NCBI GenBank assembly: GCA_018401695.1
Contig: JAGYKD010000001.1
Span: 1,116,016 to 1,180,015, forward strand
From: Flavobacteriales bacterium
Lineage (GTDB): Bacteria; Bacteroidota; Bacteroidia; CAIKAF01
Length of the DNA stretch: 64,000 bases
Direction of reading: 5' to 3'
Position 1 is the first letter of the stretch. Each line of letters begins with the position of its first letter. The position numbers and the translations under genes are program-made. This document shows, piece by piece, positions 11,247-23,853 of the stretch. The notes beneath the pieces were generated by a model. The model saw nothing but the letters and a program-made list of their open reading frames with translations, was not told the DNA's origin and made no database searches.

Positions 11247-11648
11247 TCAATAAATTTCGAGCCACTTGAGCCGCACTTCAGTGCCGTTTTCAAAACTCCA
11301 ACTTGCATCGTAACGATTGGCTTTGCCTTCGATGTCTTCGAGCAATTTGATTTCGACTTCGAGGTCGTCCTCTTTCATGCGGTAAATCTCGGCTTTGGCC
11401 AAGTCCTTCCACTCTCCCTCAAACTCACCCTGAATGGCGACCTCCTGCTTTACCAAGGGTAGCGCATAAATATCCTCGTAGTTGTCAATGCTAACGTGGC
11501 TAAACACCCCTAGGCGCTTAATCACTTTGCCTTGAATAAAAGCCTCGTTGGTGTCAACTTGAACCTCTACCACATTAGGGTTGTGCTGAGCTACAACTGA
11601 GGTGTTAAGGGCAGAGAACGCCAAGAAGAACAACAATAGGTAACGCAT
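11247..11648 (-). CDS. Hypothetical exported protein
   Basis: Signal peptide ending VVA-Q; fills the intergenic gap. Confidence 0.7.
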   Translation of the reverse strand: MRYLLLFFLAFSALNTSVVAQHNPNVVEVQVDTNEAFIQGKVIKRLGVFSHVSIDNYEDIYALPLVKQEVAIQGEFEGEWKDLAKAEIYRMKEDDLEVEIKLLEDIEGKANRYDASWSFENGTEVRLKWLEIY

Positions 11649-11690
11649 AGTGATCGTTTTACTTTTACATACGCAAAAACCAGGCCATGG

Positions 11691-13610
<1,920 letters not shown>

Positions 13611-13675
13611 CTACCTTGCAAACGATTATATTATGGCCAATGCAACTATGGTGTTGTATTGCCTACTTTTTGTGT

Positions 13676-14797
13676 ATGCAACAATCTATTCGATTCTCCA
13701 GAGACACCTCAGGTTTTCAACGCACGCTAAACCATCGCGTTCACCAGTATTTTAAAGATAGGGGTATCTCCCGCCATGGTGGTTTGCCCATGCGTTTCAA
13801 AACCTTTGTCATGTTTAGCCTGTATTTCACCCCCATTGTCCTGATTATTTCGGGCGTGGTGACTAACGGCTGGCTTGGCTTGCTTTGCGCTCTTTGTGCC
13901 GGTATTGGCTTAGCCGGAATCGGCTTGAGCGTTATGCACGATGCTTGCCACGGGTCCTATTCCTCCAAAGCCTGGGAAAATAAACTGTTTAGCTATTCCC
14001 TAAATATGCTGGGAGCTAGTTCCTTCAATTGGAGAATCCAACACAACGTACTGCATCACTCCTTTACAAATATTTTAGACCACGACGAGGACATCGACAA
14101 CCGTGGCCTTTTTCGGTTTAGCCCGCATGCGCCCTTCAAACCCATTCACCGTTGGCAGTATTTGTATGCTTGGCCTTTTTACTCGCTCATGACCATTTTT
14201 TGGGTATTGGTCAAAGATTTTGCCCGATTCCAACGCTACCAACGCACCGGATTGGTAAAGCAGGTAAAAGCCAGTTATGTTAAGGAATTGCTTATTATGT
14301 GGGCCACAAAATTGTTCTACGTGGGCTATGCTTTAGTATTGCCCATGATTTTTAGCCCCTTCAGCATTGGACAAGTAATTCTTGGCTTTTTGGCGGCCCA
14401 CCTGGTGGCCGGATTTTTGCTTGCCTTGGTGTTTCAACCCGCCCATGTGGCCGAAGAAGCCGAATTTGTTGAAGCAAACGCCGACGGCGAATTGCCCTAC
14501 GGATTTGCCGAACACCAAATTCGAACCACACGGAATTTTGCAAACGAGAACCGACTGTTTTCCTGGTACGCCGGAGGATTAAACTTCCAAATTGAGCACC
14601 ACCTTTTTCCCCACGTTTGCCACGTTCATTACCGTAAATTGGCCCCAATTGTGCAGCAAACCGCACAGGAATTTGGTATTCCTTACCATGCCACACCCGG
14701 TGTTTGGGGCGCTTTGGTAACGCATGGCCGACATTTAAAGAATTTGGGGGCGCCTAATCCTGCTGTCCCCTCTACTCCGGCCATGGCAGGGCACTGA
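13676..14797 (+). CDS. Membrane fatty acid (acyl-CoA/acyl-lipid) desaturase
   Basis: His boxes HDACH, HNVLHH, QIEHHLFP. Confidence 0.95.
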   Translation: MQQSIRFSRDTSGFQRTLNHRVHQYFKDRGISRHGGLPMRFKTFVMFSLYFTPIVLIISGVVTNGWLGLLCALCAGIGLAGIGLSVMHDACHGSYSSKAWENKLFSYSLNMLGASSFNWRIQHNVLHHSFTNILDHDEDIDNRGLFRFSPHAPFKPIHRWQYLYAWPFYSLMTIFWVLVKDFARFQRYQRTGLVKQVKASYVKELLIMWATKLFYVGYALVLPMIFSPFSIGQVILGFLAAHLVAGFLLALVFQPAHVAEEAEFVEANADGELPYGFAEHQIRTTRNFANENRLFSWYAGGLNFQIEHHLFPHVCHVHYRKLAPIVQQTAQEFGIPYHATPGVWGALVTHGRHLKNLGAPNPAVPSTPAMAGH

Positions 14798-14893
14798 TCG
14801 GCAACTCCGCCCAAGGAGCTTCCTGTGGTCGCTCTTGGCCGTAGGCCGCTCAGGCGCCTGCCAAGTCCGGGGTGCCGGCTCCATCAGGGGCGC
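14750..14893 (-). repeat. Structured palindromic element, family A copy A4 (144 bp), overlapping desaturase 3' end
   Basis: GCGCC..GGCGC termini; head GATGGAGCCGGCACCCCG and tail GGAGTAGAGGGGACAGCAGG as in A1; arm TGGCAGG/CCTGCCA. Confidence 0.8.
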
Positions 14894-14944
14894 AAAACAA
14901 ATCGCAACTTTAGGCTGTTTCTTGCTAGGGATGGGAGCTCAAAG

Positions 14945-14969
14945 CTTATTTTGATTGATTCTAAATAAG
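14945..14969. promoter_or_regulatory. Palindromic operator resembling the flavobacterial Fur box, upstream of sdhCAB
   Basis: CTTATTTTGATTGATTCTAAATAAG, 12-1-12 dyad with 2 mismatches; -7 element TAATTTTG at 15012-15019. Confidence 0.65.
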
Positions 14970-15043
14970 TGGCCAACTTTCGGTTGGAGCCTCCTGCCTT
15001 TTGAACTTTACTAATTTTGTAGTATCACAGGAAACAGATACTC

Positions 15044-15724
15044 ATGGCGCAAAATGCATCTTACGGATTATTAAAATCTTCGATTGGGAAGAAAGTGTTT
15101 ATGGCCCTCACCGGGCTGTTTTTATGCCTGTTTTTGGTGGGGCATTTGGCCGGAAACTTGCAGCTGTTTATTTCGGGACAACCCGGGCAAATTCAATTCA
15201 ACAAGTATGCAGAGTTTATGACCACCAACCCGGCAGTAAAAATTCTCTCATACGTTACTTATTTCAGTATCCTTTTTCACGTCTTTGACGGCCTTGCTTT
15301 AACGCTTAAGAACCGCAAGGCCCGTCCACAGCGCTATCATTATAAAAAGGACAGCGCTAACTCCATTTGGTCCAGCCGAAATATGGGCGTGTTGGGTACG
15401 GTGATTCTGGTATTCATTGTTTTGCACATGAGCAATTTCTGGTTCAAAATGCATTTTGGCGACATCGGGGTTGATGCCGAAGGCCGGAAAGATTTGTATA
15501 CCGTGGTAGCAGCCTCCTTTGAGCAGCTTTGGTATGTGGCCATATATGCCATCAGTATGGTGGCCATCGGTTTTCACTTATGGCATGGTTTTGCCAGCGG
15601 TTTTCAATCCCTGGGGCTTAATCATTCGGCCTATACTCCCCTTATTCAAGGATTTGGTAAGGTCTTCGCTGTGGTAGTCCCCTTGGGCTTTGCCATTATT
15701 CCTATTTATATGTACCTCACCTAA
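15044..15724 (+). CDS. sdhC: Succinate dehydrogenase/fumarate reductase cytochrome b subunit
   Basis: SSIGKK..MALTG, HLAGNL, HLWHGF.S.FQSLG. Confidence 0.95.
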   Translation: MAQNASYGLLKSSIGKKVFMALTGLFLCLFLVGHLAGNLQLFISGQPGQIQFNKYAEFMTTNPAVKILSYVTYFSILFHVFDGLALTLKNRKARPQRYHYKKDSANSIWSSRNMGVLGTVILVFIVLHMSNFWFKMHFGDIGVDAEGRKDLYTVVAASFEQLWYVAIYAISMVAIGFHLWHGFASGFQSLGLNHSAYTPLIQGFGKVFAVVVPLGFAIIPIYMYLT

Positions 15725-15751
15725 TTCCCATCAAACGAAAAATAGTCGACT

Positions 15752-17731
15752 ATGTCAGAGCTAAATTCCAATATACCCAAAGGACCACTAGCCGATAAGT
15801 GGCAAACCCATAAGAACAGCATTCGTTTGGTAAACCCGGCCAACAAACGCAATATCGATGTAATTGTGGTGGGTACAGGTTTGGCAGGCGCTTCTGCCGC
15901 CGCCTCTTTAGGTGAAATGGGCTACAACGTTAAAGCCTTTTGTTTTCAAGATAGCCCCCGAAGAGCCCACTCCATTGCCGCTCAAGGAGGAATCAACGCC
16001 GCAAAAAATTACCGAAACGACGGGGACTCTGTCTACCGTTTGTTCTACGACACCATTAAAGGTGGCGATTACCGGAGCCGCGAAGCCAATGTACACCGTT
16101 TGGCCGAGGTGAGCGTGAACATTATTGACCAATGTGTGGCTCAAGGTGTGCCATTTGCAAGAGAGTACGGTGGTTTGTTAGACAACCGCTCTTTTGGCGG
16201 TGTACAGGTGAGCCGCACCTTTTACGCCAAAGGCCAAACCGGTCAGCAGTTGTTGCTTGGCGCATATTCCGCACTTAGCCGACAAGTAGCCGCAGGCCAG
16301 GTTAAACTCTACAGCCGCCACGAAATGATGAATTTGGTAATGGTAGACGGAAAAGCCCGCGGAATCATTGCCAGAAACTTAGTTACCGGAGAAATTGAAC
16401 GCCATTCGGCGCATGCCGTTTTGCTTTGCACCGGTGGCTACGGCAATGTATTTTATTTGTCCACCAATGCCATGGGTTCCAACGTTACCGCTACTTGGAA
16501 AGCCCATAAAAAGGGAGCCTTTTTTGGAAACCCCTGCTTCACCCAAATTCACCCTACCTGCATCCCCGTTTCCGGTGACTATCAATCTAAGCTTACCTTG
16601 ATGAGCGAGTCGCTTCGAAACGATGGACGCATTTGGGTGCCAAAAGCAAAGGACGACAAACGCAAGCCCGTTGATATTCCGGAAGAGGAACGCGACTACT
16701 ATTTGGAGCGCAGGTATCCTGCCTTTGGAAACTTAGTACCTCGCGATGTGGCTAGTAGAGCCGCCAAAGAACGCTGCGATGCCGGTTATGGTGTGGGGCA
16801 ATCCAAAATGGCCGTTTACCTAGACTACGCCTCCGCTATAGAACGGTATGGAAAAGCCGAAGCCAATAAACAAGGACTTCCCAATGTCGATACCGCAACC
16901 ATCTTAAAACTTGGAAAGCAAGTAGTTGCTGCCAAATACGGCAACTTATTTGAAATGTACGAAAAAATCACCGGCGACAATCCCTACGAAACCCCCATGC
17001 GAATTTACCCCGCAGTACATTATACCATGGGTGGACTTTGGGTCGATTATAACTTAATGAGCAATCTGGACGGACTGTTTGTGTTAGGTGAAGCCAATTT
17101 CTCCGACCACGGGGCAAACCGTTTAGGTGCTTCTGCCTTGATGCAAGGTCTTGCCGACGGATACTTTGTAGTGCCTTATACCCTAGGCAACTATTTGGCC
17201 GACGATATCCGCACAGGGCCAATTTCTACCGATGCTCCCGAGTTTGAGCAGGCTGAAAAAGAAGTGACCGATACCATGGACCGTTTAATGAGCATTAATG
17301 GCGATAAAACGGTCGATTATTTCCACAAAGCCTTAGGAAAAATTATGTGGGATAAGTGCGGTATGGCTCGAAGCGAACAGGGGCTTAAAGAAGCCATTTC
17401 AGAAATTAAAGCCCTGCGGGAAGCTTTTTGGAGTGAAGTGCGTGTTCCCGGAGATAAAAACGAATTCAATCCTGAACTGGAAAAGGCATGTAGAGTGGCC
17501 GATTTCTTAGAATTGGGCGAACTCATGTGCTACGACGCTTTAAACCGCAACGAAAGTTGTGGTGGTCACTTCCGTGAAGAATACCAAACCGAAGAAGGCG
17601 AGGCCTTGCGCGACGACGAAAATTATACTTACGTAGCTGCTTGGGAATACAAGGAGTCCGGAGAGCCCGCCCTGCACAAAGAAGTACTGGAGTTTGAAAA
17701 TGTGAAGCCAACGACCCGCAGTTACAAATAA
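15752..17731 (+). CDS. sdhA: Succinate dehydrogenase/fumarate reductase flavoprotein
   Basis: [36 protein letters not shown]. Confidence 0.98.
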   Translation: MSELNSNIPKGPLADKWQTHKNSIRLVNPANKRNIDVIVVGTGLAGASAAASLGEMGYNVKAFCFQDSPRRAHSIAAQGGINAAKNYRNDGDSVYRLFYDTIKGGDYRSREANVHRLAEVSVNIIDQCVAQGVPFAREYGGLLDNRSFGGVQVSRTFYAKGQTGQQLLLGAYSALSRQVAAGQVKLYSRHEMMNLVMVDGKARGIIARNLVTGEIERHSAHAVLLCTGGYGNVFYLSTNAMGSNVTATWKAHKKGAFFGNPCFTQIHPTCIPVSGDYQSKLTLMSESLRNDGRIWVPKAKDDKRKPVDIPEEERDYYLERRYPAFGNLVPRDVASRAAKERCDAGYGVGQSKMAVYLDYASAIERYGKAEANKQGLPNVDTATILKLGKQVVAAKYGNLFEMYEKITGDNPYETPMRIYPAVHYTMGGLWVDYNLMSNLDGLFVLGEANFSDHGANRLGASALMQGLADGYFVVPYTLGNYLADDIRTGPISTDAPEFEQAEKEVTDTMDRLMSINGDKTVDYFHKALGKIMWDKCGMARSEQGLKEAISEIKALREAFWSEVRVPGDKNEFNPELEKACRVADFLELGELMCYDALNRNESCGGHFREEYQTEEGEALRDDENYTYVAAWEYKESGEPALHKEVLEFENVKPTTRSYK

Positions 17732-17741
17732 TACAAACATT

Positions 17742-18530
17742 ATGTCCCAGAATACCATGAATCTTAAGCTTAAAATTTGGCGCCAAAAGAGAGCCTCTAC
17801 TCCCGGAAAGATGGTAGATTATACCCTAAACGGGGTGAATCCGGAGATGTCTTTTCTGGAAATGATGGATGTGTTGAATCAGCAACTCATTGAGGGCGGC
17901 GAAGAACCTGTGGCTTTTGACCACGATTGCCGGGAAGGTATTTGCGGCATGTGTTCTATGTTTATTAATGGAAGAGCCCATGGGCCTATGACAGGAACTA
18001 CCACCTGTCAACTGCACATGCGTCACTTTAATGATGGAGATACCATAACCATTGAGCCCTGGCGCTCTGCGGCTTTTCCGGTCATTAAAGACCTTTCTGT
18101 AGACAGGTCTTCGTTTGACCGAATAATACAAGCTGGCGGCTATGTTTCTGTAAATACAGGAGCTGCTCCCGATGCCAATGCCCTTCCCATTCCCAAAGAA
18201 AATGCCGACGCGGCCTTTGATGCAGCTACTTGTATTGGATGTGGGGCATGCGTAGCTACCTGCAAAAACGCTTCTGCCATGTTGTTTGTGAGTGCCAAAG
18301 TAAGTCAATTGGCTTTGCTTCCTCAAGGAGCACCCGAGCGGCAAGAACGAGCTTTGCGCATGGTTGAACAAATGGACAAAGAAGGCTTTGGAAATTGCAC
18401 CAATACGGGAGCTTGTGAGGTCGAATGTCCAAAGGGGATTTCTATTGAAAACATTGCCCGCATGAATCGTGAATTCCTAAAAGCCTCCTTGGTAAAAAAG
18501 AAAAAGAAAGCCGGAATGGCAGCCAGTTAA
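17742..18530 (+). CDS. sdhB: Succinate dehydrogenase/fumarate reductase Fe-S subunit
   Basis: [29 protein letters not shown]. Confidence 0.98.
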   Translation: MSQNTMNLKLKIWRQKRASTPGKMVDYTLNGVNPEMSFLEMMDVLNQQLIEGGEEPVAFDHDCREGICGMCSMFINGRAHGPMTGTTTCQLHMRHFNDGDTITIEPWRSAAFPVIKDLSVDRSSFDRIIQAGGYVSVNTGAAPDANALPIPKENADAAFDAATCIGCGACVATCKNASAMLFVSAKVSQLALLPQGAPERQERALRMVEQMDKEGFGNCTNTGACEVECPKGISIENIARMNREFLKASLVKKKKKAGMAAS

Positions 18531-18540
18531 TCGTCTTCTA

Positions 18541-19317
18541 TTATTCTTTGGTTAGTTGAATGCCCAACAGCTGAATGGCCTTTTTAGAAGCCACTTGTTG
18601 GGCTTTCTTTTTACTGCTGCCTTCGCCCTCGGCAATGGACGCATCATCTACCTTAAGGTCCACAATATACTTCCGAATCTCCCCTCGGTTTTCCTCGTAT
18701 ATTAAATCAAAACGGAGCTGTTTTTTTTCTTTTTGTGCCCACATAAACAACTCGCTTTTGAAGTCATAGACATGGCTGCCTGGCCGGCTTCCAAATAGCT
18801 GTTTGTCGAGGATTTGACGGCGAATAAAGCGGTCCGCTACCGCTAAGCCTCTGTCCAAATAAATTGCCCCAACCAGAGCTTCTAAGGCATTTCCCTTTAC
18901 GTCCTCTGGAGTAATGTCTTTGTTGAACTTGCCAATAATAAGGTCTGAAATCCCCAATTCGTCGGCAACTCTATTTAGGCTCACGCGGTTTACAAGTGCT
19001 GAGCGCATACGGGTGAGTCCACCTTCGTTTTTGTCGGGGTACCTTTGGTACAGATAATCGGCAATAACCAAATCCAAGACCGAGTCGCCAAGGTACTCTA
19101 AACGTTCGTTATGGTCTTTAAAGTTTAGGGACTTCGAATGGACAGCAGAACTGTGTACTAGGGCAATTTCGTAGAGTGCGTATCTTTTGGGACGAAATCC
19201 AAGGACATTCCGGATGTTTTTACGCAAAGCTTTTTCGGTGCTTGAGGAAAGCCATTTTTCTCTAAGCGATTCCAGAAGGCTTTTTTCGCGAAGTTGATGC
19301 TGCTTTTTAGATGCCAT
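18541..19317 (-). CDS. rnc: Ribonuclease III
   Basis: NERLEYLGDSVL, EALVGAIYLD, C-terminal dsRBD (SKKKAQQ). Confidence 0.97.
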   Translation of the reverse strand: MASKKQHQLREKSLLESLREKWLSSSTEKALRKNIRNVLGFRPKRYALYEIALVHSSAVHSKSLNFKDHNERLEYLGDSVLDLVIADYLYQRYPDKNEGGLTRMRSALVNRVSLNRVADELGISDLIIGKFNKDITPEDVKGNALEALVGAIYLDRGLAVADRFIRRQILDKQLFGSRPGSHVYDFKSELFMWAQKEKKQLRFDLIYEENRGEIRKYIVDLKVDDASIAEGEGSSKKKAQQVASKKAIQLLGIQLTKE

Positions 19318-19341
19318 TGCTACTCCTTGCCAACCCAAGCA

Positions 19342-20598
19342 TTATGGGTTGTACTTCTTCACAATAACCGACGCGTTGTGTCCACCAAAGCCAAATGTGT
19401 TGCAGAGTGCCGCATGGACTGGTCGTTCTACTGCTTTTCCAAAGCTTAAATTTAAATGTTGATCGATTTCAGGATCGTCGGTAAAGTGGTTTATGGTAGG
19501 AGGGATGATATCTTGCGAAACCGCAAGAAGGCAGGCTATGGTTTCTATGGCACCGGCAGCGCCCAAAAGATGGCCGGTCATAGATTTGGTTGAACTAATA
19601 CTTAGCTTGTATGCGTGTTGGCCAAAGACCTCTTTAATGGCAAGGGTTTCTGCAATATCTCCGAGAGGAGTAGAAGTCCCATGTACGTTGATGTAATCAA
19701 TCTCTTCGGCTTGCATTTGGGCATCGGCCAATGCATTACGCATCACATTACTGGCTCCAAGCCCATCGGGATGAGGCGCTGTTATGTGGTGTGCATCGGC
19801 AGTGAAGCCTCCCCCGCAAATTTCGCCAAAAATAGAAGCGCCACGAGCTTTGGCGTGCTCTAGCTCTTCCAAAACCAGCGCTCCGGCACCTTCGCCCAAA
19901 ACAAATCCGTCTCGGTCTTTGTCAAAGGGGCGTGAAGCGGTCTCTGGGCTATCGTTTCGGGTAGAGAGAGCATGCATGGCATTAAAACCTCCAATTCCCG
20001 CCACATTTACTGCGGCTTCCGACCCGCCGGTTACAATAACATCCGCTTTTCCGTTGCGTATGTAATTGAAGGCGTCAATCATGGAATGCGTGCTGGAAGC
20101 ACAAGCCGAAACGGTGGCAAAATTAGGACCTCTAAAACCAAATTTAATGGAAATATGGCCTGCGGCAATATCCACAATAACCTTTGGAATAAAGAATGGG
20201 TTGAAACGCGGTGTTCCATCCCCCTTGGCAAAGGCCGAAATTTCGGAAATAAGGGTATCTAGCCCTCCAATACCAGAGGCCCAAATAACGCCGGCTCGAT
20301 CAGGATTTACCGCACCGATTTGGTGCAAACCGGCATGTTCTACCGCTTCGGTGGCAGAGACCAAAGCATATTGAATAAAAGGATCCAATTTGCGGGCCTC
20401 CTTTCGATCAAAATAATCAAGCGGGTCAAACCCTTTGAGCTCGCAAGCAAAACGGGTTTTAAATAAAGAAGCGTCGAAACGAGTAATGGGTCCAGCTCCA
20501 CTTTGGCCACTAACTAAGCCATCCCAGTACTGTTTAAAAGTATTGCCTATGGGCGTAAGCGCACCAAGACCTGTAACCACAACTCGCCTCAACGCCAT
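19342..20598 (-). CDS. fabF: 3-oxoacyl-ACP synthase II
   Basis: SACAS, HGTSTPLGD, GHLLGAAG, NTFGFGGHN. Confidence 0.98.
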   Translation of the reverse strand: MALRRVVVTGLGALTPIGNTFKQYWDGLVSGQSGAGPITRFDASLFKTRFACELKGFDPLDYFDRKEARKLDPFIQYALVSATEAVEHAGLHQIGAVNPDRAGVIWASGIGGLDTLISEISAFAKGDGTPRFNPFFIPKVIVDIAAGHISIKFGFRGPNFATVSACASSTHSMIDAFNYIRNGKADVIVTGGSEAAVNVAGIGGFNAMHALSTRNDSPETASRPFDKDRDGFVLGEGAGALVLEELEHAKARGASIFGEICGGGFTADAHHITAPHPDGLGASNVMRNALADAQMQAEEIDYINVHGTSTPLGDIAETLAIKEVFGQHAYKLSISSTKSMTGHLLGAAGAIETIACLLAVSQDIIPPTINHFTDDPEIDQHLNLSFGKAVERPVHAALCNTFGFGGHNASVIVKKYNP

Positions 20599-20610
20599 AC
20601 ACTTGGTGTA

Positions 20611-20847
20611 TTACTTGGAATTTTCTTCGATGTAAGCAATAGCTTCACCAACGGTGCTGATTTTTTCGGCTTGATCGTCAGGAATGGCGATATTGAATTC
20701 TTTTTCGAATTCCATAATCAGTTCCACCGTATCAAGGCTGTCGGCTCCAAGGTCGTTAGTAAAGCTGGCTTGAGCATTTACTTCAGCCTCGTCCACTCCC
20801 AGTTTGTCAACGATGATAGCTTTCACCCGGGACGCAATGTCGGACAT
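20611..20847 (-). CDS. acpP: Acyl carrier protein
   Basis: [12 protein letters not shown]. Confidence 0.99.
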   Translation of the reverse strand: MSDIASRVKAIIVDKLGVDEAEVNAQASFTNDLGADSLDTVELIMEFEKEFNIAIPDDQAEKISTVGEAIAYIEENSK

Positions 20848-20981
20848 ATGTTTTCGTATTAAAGTTAATCGGCTGCAAAGTAAATAAAATTAGCCTAATA
20901 TCCTCCCAACTTTTTTTGTGCAAAGCCGCAATATTAGTTACCATGACTAAAGAAAGGGAGGGTTGGACCTACTCTTGCCGC

Positions 20982-21650
20982 CTAAATGGCTTTGGCTTCA
21001 GGACCGGATATGGGAATAATTTTTGTGTCTGTTAATACCAAAACAATGTCCGTTTTGCTTGGTTGGCAGGCCGCTAAACCGGTAAGGTTGCCAAAGGCCG
21101 GCAGTATGATTTGCCCGGGTTTTATCCACCACATCGGTAGCCTTAAGCGCTGTTTGCCACTTCCTTTTAAGCGAATACCCGGATGGATATGTCCTGCCAG
21201 GTGCGGCCCACTAGGGTGTGCAGGATCATGGCCTAATATAAGGTCATGGAAAGTGTAGCCTTCCTCCTGAACTTCTAAACCCAAACCTTGGTATTGCGCC
21301 TTCGATAAAATATCGTGATTTCCTTTAATGAGCGTGTACCGGTGCTGTGTGCATTCAGACAACAAATGTTTAAAGCATGCTAGGGCTTCGTTGGCTTCGG
21401 AATGAAACAAATCGCCCAAAAAGAAAAAAGTGGTGGGGGCGACCACCGAAAACAGCACCCTAAGCGCGGCAAGGTCTTTTTCTCCCGCATAAGCAGGCAT
21501 TCCAATGCCGGACTTGCGAAAGTGTTCTGTTTTTCCTAAATGTATATCAGCTACAAAACAGGCCGAGGCCTCAGGAAGAAATAGAGCTCCCGGGGATGCG
21601 GCAATCCACTCCTTTTTATTCCAATTAAAGCAAAAAGGAGTGGGAGACAT
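20982..21650 (-). CDS. pdeM: Ligase-associated DNA damage response metallophosphoesterase (PdeM-like)
   Basis: ADIHLGK..FR..G, LGDLFHS, GNHD, GHIHP, LPAFG..TG. Confidence 0.85.
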   Translation of the reverse strand: MSPTPFCFNWNKKEWIAASPGALFLPEASACFVADIHLGKTEHFRKSGIGMPAYAGEKDLAALRVLFSVVAPTTFFFLGDLFHSEANEALACFKHLLSECTQHRYTLIKGNHDILSKAQYQGLGLEVQEEGYTFHDLILGHDPAHPSGPHLAGHIHPGIRLKGSGKQRLRLPMWWIKPGQIILPAFGNLTGLAACQPSKTDIVLVLTDTKIIPISGPEAKAI

Positions 21651-21822
21651 AAAGAGTGGAATTGTAGATGCTCATCGGTCTTTTAACGCAAACGCATGGC
21701 GGATGTTCATTATATTCCCAAAGAATAAAAACTCATCCAAACATGTCGGGCAAAACACTTGGCTTAGCCGCTAAGCTTTTCTATTTTTGAATACTCATCG
21801 AACTACCCTCAATACCCAAAAC

Positions 21823-23166
21823 ATGCAAAAGCTTTTCTACACGGCATTCATTTTATTCAGCTTGCTTAAGCCCGTAAGCGCCCAGGGAGTTACCATTGGT
21901 GCAAATACCCCTCCCGATGCCTCTGCCGTGCTCGACCTTCAGGATACCACGCGCGGCTTTTTGCTGCCCAGGCTCAACACTGCCCAAAGAAACGCCATAG
22001 CCCAACCGGCAGACGGCCTACAGATTTACAATACCACCGACCATTGCGTGCAGATTCACCTTCCTCAGTCGGGTTGGCGCGATTTGTTGTGCGATTGCAA
22101 CAGTTTTCCCAACGCGCAGTTCAGCTACCCCTCCACCTTGCTGAGTGGAAGCCCCATAACCTTTACTCCGGCGAGCTCCGGCTTGTTTTACAGCTGGAGT
22201 TTTCAGGGAGGAACACCGGCCAGCAGCACCGCAGAGCAACCTTCGGTAACTTTTGCCCAAGGCGGCTCTTTTACCGTTAACTTAACCGTGACCGATCAGC
22301 TTGGCTGTTCGGCCTCTTTTGCAGATACCGTCCAAGTAATCAATTGCGTTACTGGAGGCTCGGTCACCCTCAATACTTGCGGAAATACGGGTAGAACCGG
22401 GCCCAGTCAAAGCCAATGCAATGCTCAATATGGTACCGGTGTGGTATCGGTAAATAATGGGTACCAAACTTGGACCGTTCCCAATGGCGTGTGCTCCTTA
22501 ACGGTTGAAGCCTGGGGCGCTCAAGGAGGAACCAGCAGCACAAACAATGTAGCCGGTGGGCTTGGCGGTTATGTCAAGGGGGATTTTGCCGTGCAGGGCG
22601 GCAATCAACTAGTCATATTGGTTGGTCAACGCGGAGAGTCCGGTAATGGAGGCGGCAACTGGTGGGCCGCCGGAGGTGGCGGAGCCACGGTAGTTGCCTT
22701 CGGAACCAATCCTGCCAGTGCTACGCCTTGGATGGTTGCCGGCGGCGGTGGCGGTGCCGGTAGAAACAGCGGAGAAGTGGGCGGCGCCGGTGGTGCAACC
22801 CTGAGCTTGGGAGGAAATGGAAATGCGGGCACCGGTTCTGGAAACGGTGGAAGCGCCGGCTCAGGATACCACAGCAGTGCAGGAAACGGTTCGGAATCTT
22901 TCGTCAACGGAGGTGCCGGTGCCAACAACAACAGCTATTGCAGTACCTGTGGCATTGGTGGTTTTGGCGGCGGCGGTGCCGGCGGAGGAAATCCCGGCGG
23001 CGGCGGTGGCGGTTATGTAGGCGGCAATTACGGCGCCAACTCCAGCCAGCCAGGAAGCTCTTATAATCGTGGTGGCATGGGCGGAACAAGCTACAATACC
23101 GGCAGCAACCCAAGCAACCAAGCCGGACAACGCATAGGAACCGGTCAAGTAGTGATAACATGGTAA
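21823..23166 (+). CDS. Secreted protein: SAxLD..GxLxPR N-domain + PKD + ALK/LTK-like glycine-rich domain
   Basis: Signal peptide VSA-Q; SAVLDLQDTTRGFLLPRL; PKD (YSWSFQGG, VNLTVTD); WTVP..EAWGAQGG; poly-Gly; ends GQVVITW. Confidence 0.85.
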   Translation: MQKLFYTAFILFSLLKPVSAQGVTIGANTPPDASAVLDLQDTTRGFLLPRLNTAQRNAIAQPADGLQIYNTTDHCVQIHLPQSGWRDLLCDCNSFPNAQFSYPSTLLSGSPITFTPASSGLFYSWSFQGGTPASSTAEQPSVTFAQGGSFTVNLTVTDQLGCSASFADTVQVINCVTGGSVTLNTCGNTGRTGPSQSQCNAQYGTGVVSVNNGYQTWTVPNGVCSLTVEAWGAQGGTSSTNNVAGGLGGYVKGDFAVQGGNQLVILVGQRGESGNGGGNWWAAGGGGATVVAFGTNPASATPWMVAGGGGGAGRNSGEVGGAGGATLSLGGNGNAGTGSGNGGSAGSGYHSSAGNGSESFVNGGAGANNNSYCSTCGIGGFGGGGAGGGNPGGGGGGYVGGNYGANSSQPGSSYNRGGMGGTSYNTGSNPSNQAGQRIGTGQVVITW

Positions 23167-23188
23167 CCAAACTCAAATTTTAAAGCAT

Positions 23189-23809
23189 ATGAAACCTAGT
23201 AAAATTTGGATTCCAATAGCCATAGCAGGCCTCTTTTCGCTTGCCTCCTGCGGCGGTGGCGCTAAAAACGAAACACCAACAGAGGGCGATACCAGTGCTG
23301 TGCTTACCGACACCAGTGCCGAGGCCAGCTTTTTCCCTTCACGAACCGAAATTAAAGAAGACGGAGTTTCCCCAAAAAAGCTCACTACCGGAATGGTGGG
23401 AGAGGTTAAAGTGAGTGTCCAATACGGCTCTCCATCGGTCAAAGGCCGCGAAGTTTGGGGCGCTTTGGTGCCTTATGGCGAGGTTTGGCGAAGCGGAGCC
23501 AACGATGCATCCTGGGTAGAGTTTAGCCAAGACGTAATGATCAACAACCAACCTCTAGCCGCCGGAAAATATGGGTTTTTTACCATCCCCGCCGAAGGAG
23601 AATGGACCGTTATTCTAAATGAAGTGTGGGACATTTGGGGCGCTTACGATTACGATGAGTCACGGGATGTGCTTCGCTTCAATGTGGAACCCCAAAGGGT
23701 GGACGATAACCAAGAAAGCCTGGAGTTTGAAATTACCAACGGAAACCTGGTTTTGAAATGGGAATATTTACGGCTACCCATTCCCGTGGAACCAGCCGTC
23801 CCCTCCTGA
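23189..23809 (+). CDS. DUF2911 domain lipoprotein
   Basis: Lipobox LASC; YGSPSVKGREVWGALVPYGEVWRSGAN; WGAYDYD...D. Confidence 0.9.
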   Translation: MKPSKIWIPIAIAGLFSLASCGGGAKNETPTEGDTSAVLTDTSAEASFFPSRTEIKEDGVSPKKLTTGMVGEVKVSVQYGSPSVKGREVWGALVPYGEVWRSGANDASWVEFSQDVMINNQPLAAGKYGFFTIPAEGEWTVILNEVWDIWGAYDYDESRDVLRFNVEPQRVDDNQESLEFEITNGNLVLKWEYLRLPIPVEPAVPS

Positions 23810-23853
23810 AATTCTAAGCAAAATCCAACCCATGTTTCGCCTTCGGTTGAGGC

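Noticed and set aside
20982-21650. Complete ligase/Lhr/PdeM repair operon
   Set aside because: Only the phosphoesterase is in this window; partners may be elsewhere
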